Shown here in pieces: positions 61,511 through 64,000 of a DNA stretch of 64,000 nucleotides. The first letter of the stretch is position 1. Each line of letters opens with the position of its first letter. The translations under genes were made by a program, and so were the position numbers. This DNA comes from Malacoraja senta (taxonomy: Eukaryota), in contig CM075981.1 in NCBI GenBank assembly GCA_038087875.1, forward strand, positions 2,418,001 to 2,482,000. Direction: 5' to 3'. The notes below the pieces were generated by a model that saw only the letters and a program-made list of their open reading frames with translations, did no database searches and was not told the DNA's origin.

Positions 61511-62759
61511 TTATTACCACCAGCGACCAAGATCCAGCAACCCTGAGACTGACAACACCAAAATGGCCTTAGGCAGTTGATTAATAGAGTCAACTGACCC
61601 TAGATTTTGCTCTGTCCCTTTGTCTCTGGCCTCGTGGCCTGCTGGGGAACGATACTGAGTATGTGGAGTCCGCTGCCTCCATGGTGAGCGCTGTGAACCT
61701 GCGCATAAAAAAGGCCTCTGGCTTGGTTTTAATTTTGCAGGCCTGGTGCTCCAACCAGCCTCAGTGTAGCGGTATGTGCCGCTAGCTTGGTAGTGATGAT
61801 ATGCGCGCCGGTAGCTGGGAGTCTTACCCACAAAGGGTGTCTTTACCGCACCCACCGCAGCCTTGAATTTTACTTGCTTGCCCAAATCTTCTCCAAAGGG
61901 ACACTTGCAGACTGCACATTACTTGCCTTGCACAAATCCTTTGCAACACAATTGAGCTCAAACTGTGCATCACACAGAAGTGCTAAGTCGTCTACTGCAA
62001 ATCAGACAGCTGAGTTGCCCCCACCGACCTTGCAAAGGCCGTAATCCCTCTTGTGAGAAATCTCTGAACTCACTGGAGTTTTAAGTCTTTTGACTTTGTT
62101 TTGCCATTCAGATTGCCCCCAAATGGAGGCATTAACCTTCGGGACCAGTGTCTGGCAGTTATCAGGACTAGCATAGTTTACAGCAGTGTCCTGCATGTTC
62201 TTCTCATTCAGCTGATGAGAAGTCAAGTAACCAATGCTACTTGCCAGTTCTTCCTCTAACGGTTCTCCTATCCCCGAGGGGATGGCAAATTTATGCCGGC
62301 AGCTCCTTTTTAGACTCGTGTTGAAGCATATCATCCACTTATTAAGGGAATTCGAGTTCACTGTCGACTTCCCCACAGTCAGAGTCCACCATGTAATACT
62401 CCTCAAAACACCCCTCCTCTGAGTGGTAGATATGATAATGCAACCCTGAACCAGGTATTGCTGCCGCAGCCATCTGACTGGAACTACCTGTATCGGCGCC
62501 AGTGTGCGGAGCACATTCTCTTCGACCAACCTCTCAATCAGGTTTTCCACTTCTGAGAGCCGACAGATGATATCCTTAATGGATCAAGTGTTAAAGAAGG
62601 AACTGCAGATGCTGGAAAATCAAAGGTACACAAAAATGCTGGAGAAACTCAGCGGGTGCAGCAGCATCTATGGAGCGAAGGAAACAGGCAACGTTTCGGG
62701 CCGAAGCCCTTCTTCAGACCCTAATGGATGTTGAGGCAGTACCTTCCTGCCCAGTATTG

Positions 62760-63770
62760 TCCTTTTGGACATATTTTGCCGCCTTGGCCTTCCCCGAACT
62801 CGGGTCGCCAAACTACTCCCTTTCGGAGCTTTTGCTCTTTATTTATTTATTTATTACATCACGAACCTGCCAGTCAGGTAATAATGCTACTTGCCAGTTC
62901 GGCCTTTACTGCTTTGCCTATGGGGGGGGCGCCATCCAGTTGGGTATGGCTGCCCTGCCTGCAGCTGTCTGTCCTTTCACCACTTTTTTAATTTTAGTAT
63001 GTTAAAAAGTTTTTGTTTGGAGGTCTAGTCTTTTTATGTGGAGAGTGGGGGTGGTGGAAGGGGGAAACTGTATTTCGCAGTCCCTACCTGGTCGGAGATG
63101 CGGCTTTCCTCCGAGTCGTATCTTCGCCCCTTCCTCGTGGCCTACCATCGTGACTGGAGCGGCGTTTCCTGCCGGGACCGGCCAGAACCTCGGCTTCGGT
63201 GGTGGCACAGAGCTGGAGCACCATCACGGAGTGGGCGATGCCTTGCCCGGTTCGCCATGTTGGAGCTCCGGTATGCTGAGTCCGCCGATTGGAACATCGC
63301 GGAGCTGTGGGGCTGTGGAGCGTCCAGCCACGGGCGGCGGCGCCGACTTTAATACCGTGGAGCCGGGGATCTCTCGCTGAGATCGCCAGTGTTGAAGCTC
63401 CGACCAGCGTGGCCTGTTGGCTTCGGGAGCCGCGGTCTCCGGGGAGGAAGCGGCCGTTCCAGATATTCCAAGCCGACGCCAGAGTTCCATCATCTGGCGA
63501 GAGGGCCTGAATCATCAGGCCTCCATAGCGGCAACTGCGGAGGCCTCAATAGGCCCGACTATGGGTGAACAAGAGGATGAGGACTGGACTTTATGCCTTC
63601 CCCCACAGGGGGAACCATTGTAGGGGGATATTTTTATGTTTCATGTTAAATTCTCTAATGTTGTGCTGTATTTTTATTAGTGTGCTGCAATGGCAACTCA
63701 AATTTCACTACACCAATAATTGGTGTATGTGACAATAAATGTGCTTTGAATCCTTTGAATCCTATCCCCG
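62760..63770 (+). mobile_element. GC-rich non-coding retroelement-like insertion
   Basis: Ends tttcactacacc...gtgacaataaa...(TTTGAATCC)2, a LINE-type tail; no coherent ORF. Confidence 0.4.
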
Positions 63771-64000
63771 AGAGAATGGCAAATTCTCTTTTAGAGAGCT
63801 GGCAGCTCAATTTTAGCCATGAGCTGAAAGTATTTTGCATGTGTTGAGGGAATCCGCAAACTCCCTGCCTCTGAGCAGGAGATATCCTCAAATATCTGAA
63901 TTTAACTGCCTGTATCCGTGCAGCACTCGGTTATCCGCACTCTTGTGAGCCGCCTGATAACCTCAATCTTTGATGTTGAAGCAGTCCTTCCCTGACCAAT

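Larger units (their letters stand above)
54560..62590 (-). mobile_element. DIRS-type tyrosine-recombinase retrotransposon, decayed, interrupted by CR1
   Basis: gag-like ORF (61514-62550), RT (56090-56930) and YR (55011-55700). Complementary terminal motifs agtgagagactacgtg (54570) / cacgtagtctctcact (54732) / agactacgtgaag (54831). The 5' end may extend further right. Confidence 0.85.

Overview
Repeat-dense vertebrate genomic DNA from a cartilaginous fish, most likely a skate or ray. This is inferred from HE1-type tRNA-derived SINEs, abundant CR1 LINEs and Penelope-type short repeats. There are four N-gaps. Host genes I can support: (1) the last four exons of a GH18 chitinase (CHIA/CHIT1 family) with a C-terminal CBM14 chitin-binding domain on + (34524-39978); its catalytic 5' exons are not visible. 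(2) Two tandem paralogs on - (CDS 45182-45721 and 52111-52650), each predicted to encode a 179-aa secreted protein made of a signal peptide, a putative RAPR-terminated propeptide and a single Ig V-type domain ending in a stop. Each has a TATA/CCAAT promoter and a non-coding first exon. Their leader regions are near-identical while their V domains are only about 55% identical, and this pair is the main candidate for an undescribed system. The rest is mobile DNA: a near full-length CR1 with an esterase ORF1 nested in a decayed DIRS element, a decayed Tc1 DD34E transposon, Harbinger-like and hAT MITEs, Helitrons, a 2.1-kb foldback element, a probable solo LTR, L2/Rex1/RTE fragments and an eEF1A retro-fragment. 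All alignments and counts were done by eye, and repeat boundaries are approximate.
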